Origin: Adineta vaga
Taxonomy: Eukaryota; Animalia; Rotifera
Reading direction: 5' to 3'
NCBI GenBank assembly: GCA_021613535.1
Contig: CP075494.1
Coordinates: 3,968,001 to 4,032,000 of the forward strand
DNA: 64,000 bases
In this document: piece after piece, positions 63,276 to 64,000 of the stretch
Position numbering within the stretch: the first letter of the stretch is position 1
Layout of the letters: each line of letters opens with the position of its first letter
Notes under the pieces: model-generated
The model's input: the letters and a program-made list of their open reading frames with translations, nothing else
The model's database searches: none
What the model was told of the DNA's origin: nothing
Made by a program: the position numbers and the translations under genes

Positions 63276-64000
63276 ATGCAATCTAATATGACGAACGTAG
63301 AACTGCGTCCAACAGTATCAAATCGTATTCTTCAAAACATTTTTCTAATTTGGCTTGATTCAATTATCAGTAGACCAAATGATAGTCATCATCATCATAT
63401 TCTTAAGCAACTACATGGCATCGTCGACACATTTAGTGATGTTGATGATTGTATTGACTTTCTTACTGAAATTAAACACGAAAAAGTATTTATGATTCTA
63501 TCTAGTACTTTCAGTCGATATATAATACCATATTCGTACACGGTGTACCTCAACTTCATGCAGTTTATGTATTTTCTGATGACATGGTAATCGAGACACA
63601 TAGATCGATTCTATGTGTAATGCATTGAAACAGGCAACACGACAATATGATCGAACTTTAGTATCTGTTAGTTTTCTTTCAACGGATGATGCAACAAATC
63701 CAAATTTAAATCAACTACATCAATCATTCATGTATTCACAGATATTAAAAGAAATTTTGATAGAAATTAATTACGACGTCGAAACAGCCATTAAAAATTT
63801 GATTGCGTATGTTCTTCATAAAAACATTGAACAACTGCATGCGGAACAAAGAAACGATTATGAAATGCCACGAATCACTGTGTATCGAGGTCAAGGTTTA
63901 TCGAAAGATGGTTTTGAAAAAATGATGAAAACGAAGGGTGAACTCATGTCATTCAATAATTTCTTATCGACGAGTATTGATCGAGATGTTGCCTTTACAT
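63276..64000 (+). pseudogene. ART (NAD:arginine ADP-ribosyltransferase)-domain gene, frameshifted and deleted, running off the window
   Basis: FLIWLD...DDCIDFL N-terminus; SFMYSQILKEIL; TVYRGQ...SFNNFLSTS (R and STS motifs); frames broken near 63530-63620. Confidence 0.7.

Overview
AT-rich eukaryotic genomic DNA with short (mostly ~45-80 nt) GT-AG introns. The gene repertoire suggests a bdelloid rotifer (inference): expanded rhodopsin-type GPCRs, F-box/LRR, NHL, TIR, DED, ADP-ribosyltransferase, pentapeptide-repeat and Apple+LamG genes, plus intron-containing genes of apparently bacterial or fungal origin. The window holds about 25 genes or pseudogenes. These include two alpha-carbonic anhydrases, a Bacillus-like GH13 oligo-1,6-glucosidase with six introns, a fungal-type GT15 mannosyltransferase, a DEG/ENaC channel, a divergent eIF1/SUI1, a jacalin lectin, a TMEM26-like gene and a duplicated unknown membrane-protein gene. 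There are three mobile elements: a 414-bp hAT-type MITE (8-bp TSD), an 829-bp internally deleted MULE (9-bp TSD), and a fully intact Ty3/Gypsy LTR retrotransposon (identical 273-bp LTRs, 5-bp TSD, tRNA-Gly PBS, -1 frameshift signal). The most unusual signal is a family of about 15 short (40-90 bp) intergenic elements. Each has a G-rich telomere-like arm (TTGAGGG-TGTGGG...) facing a C-rich arm (...CCCACA-CCCTCAAG) around an unrelated spacer. They occur about once per intergenic interval, and one copy sits exactly at the deletion breakpoint of the MULE transposase.
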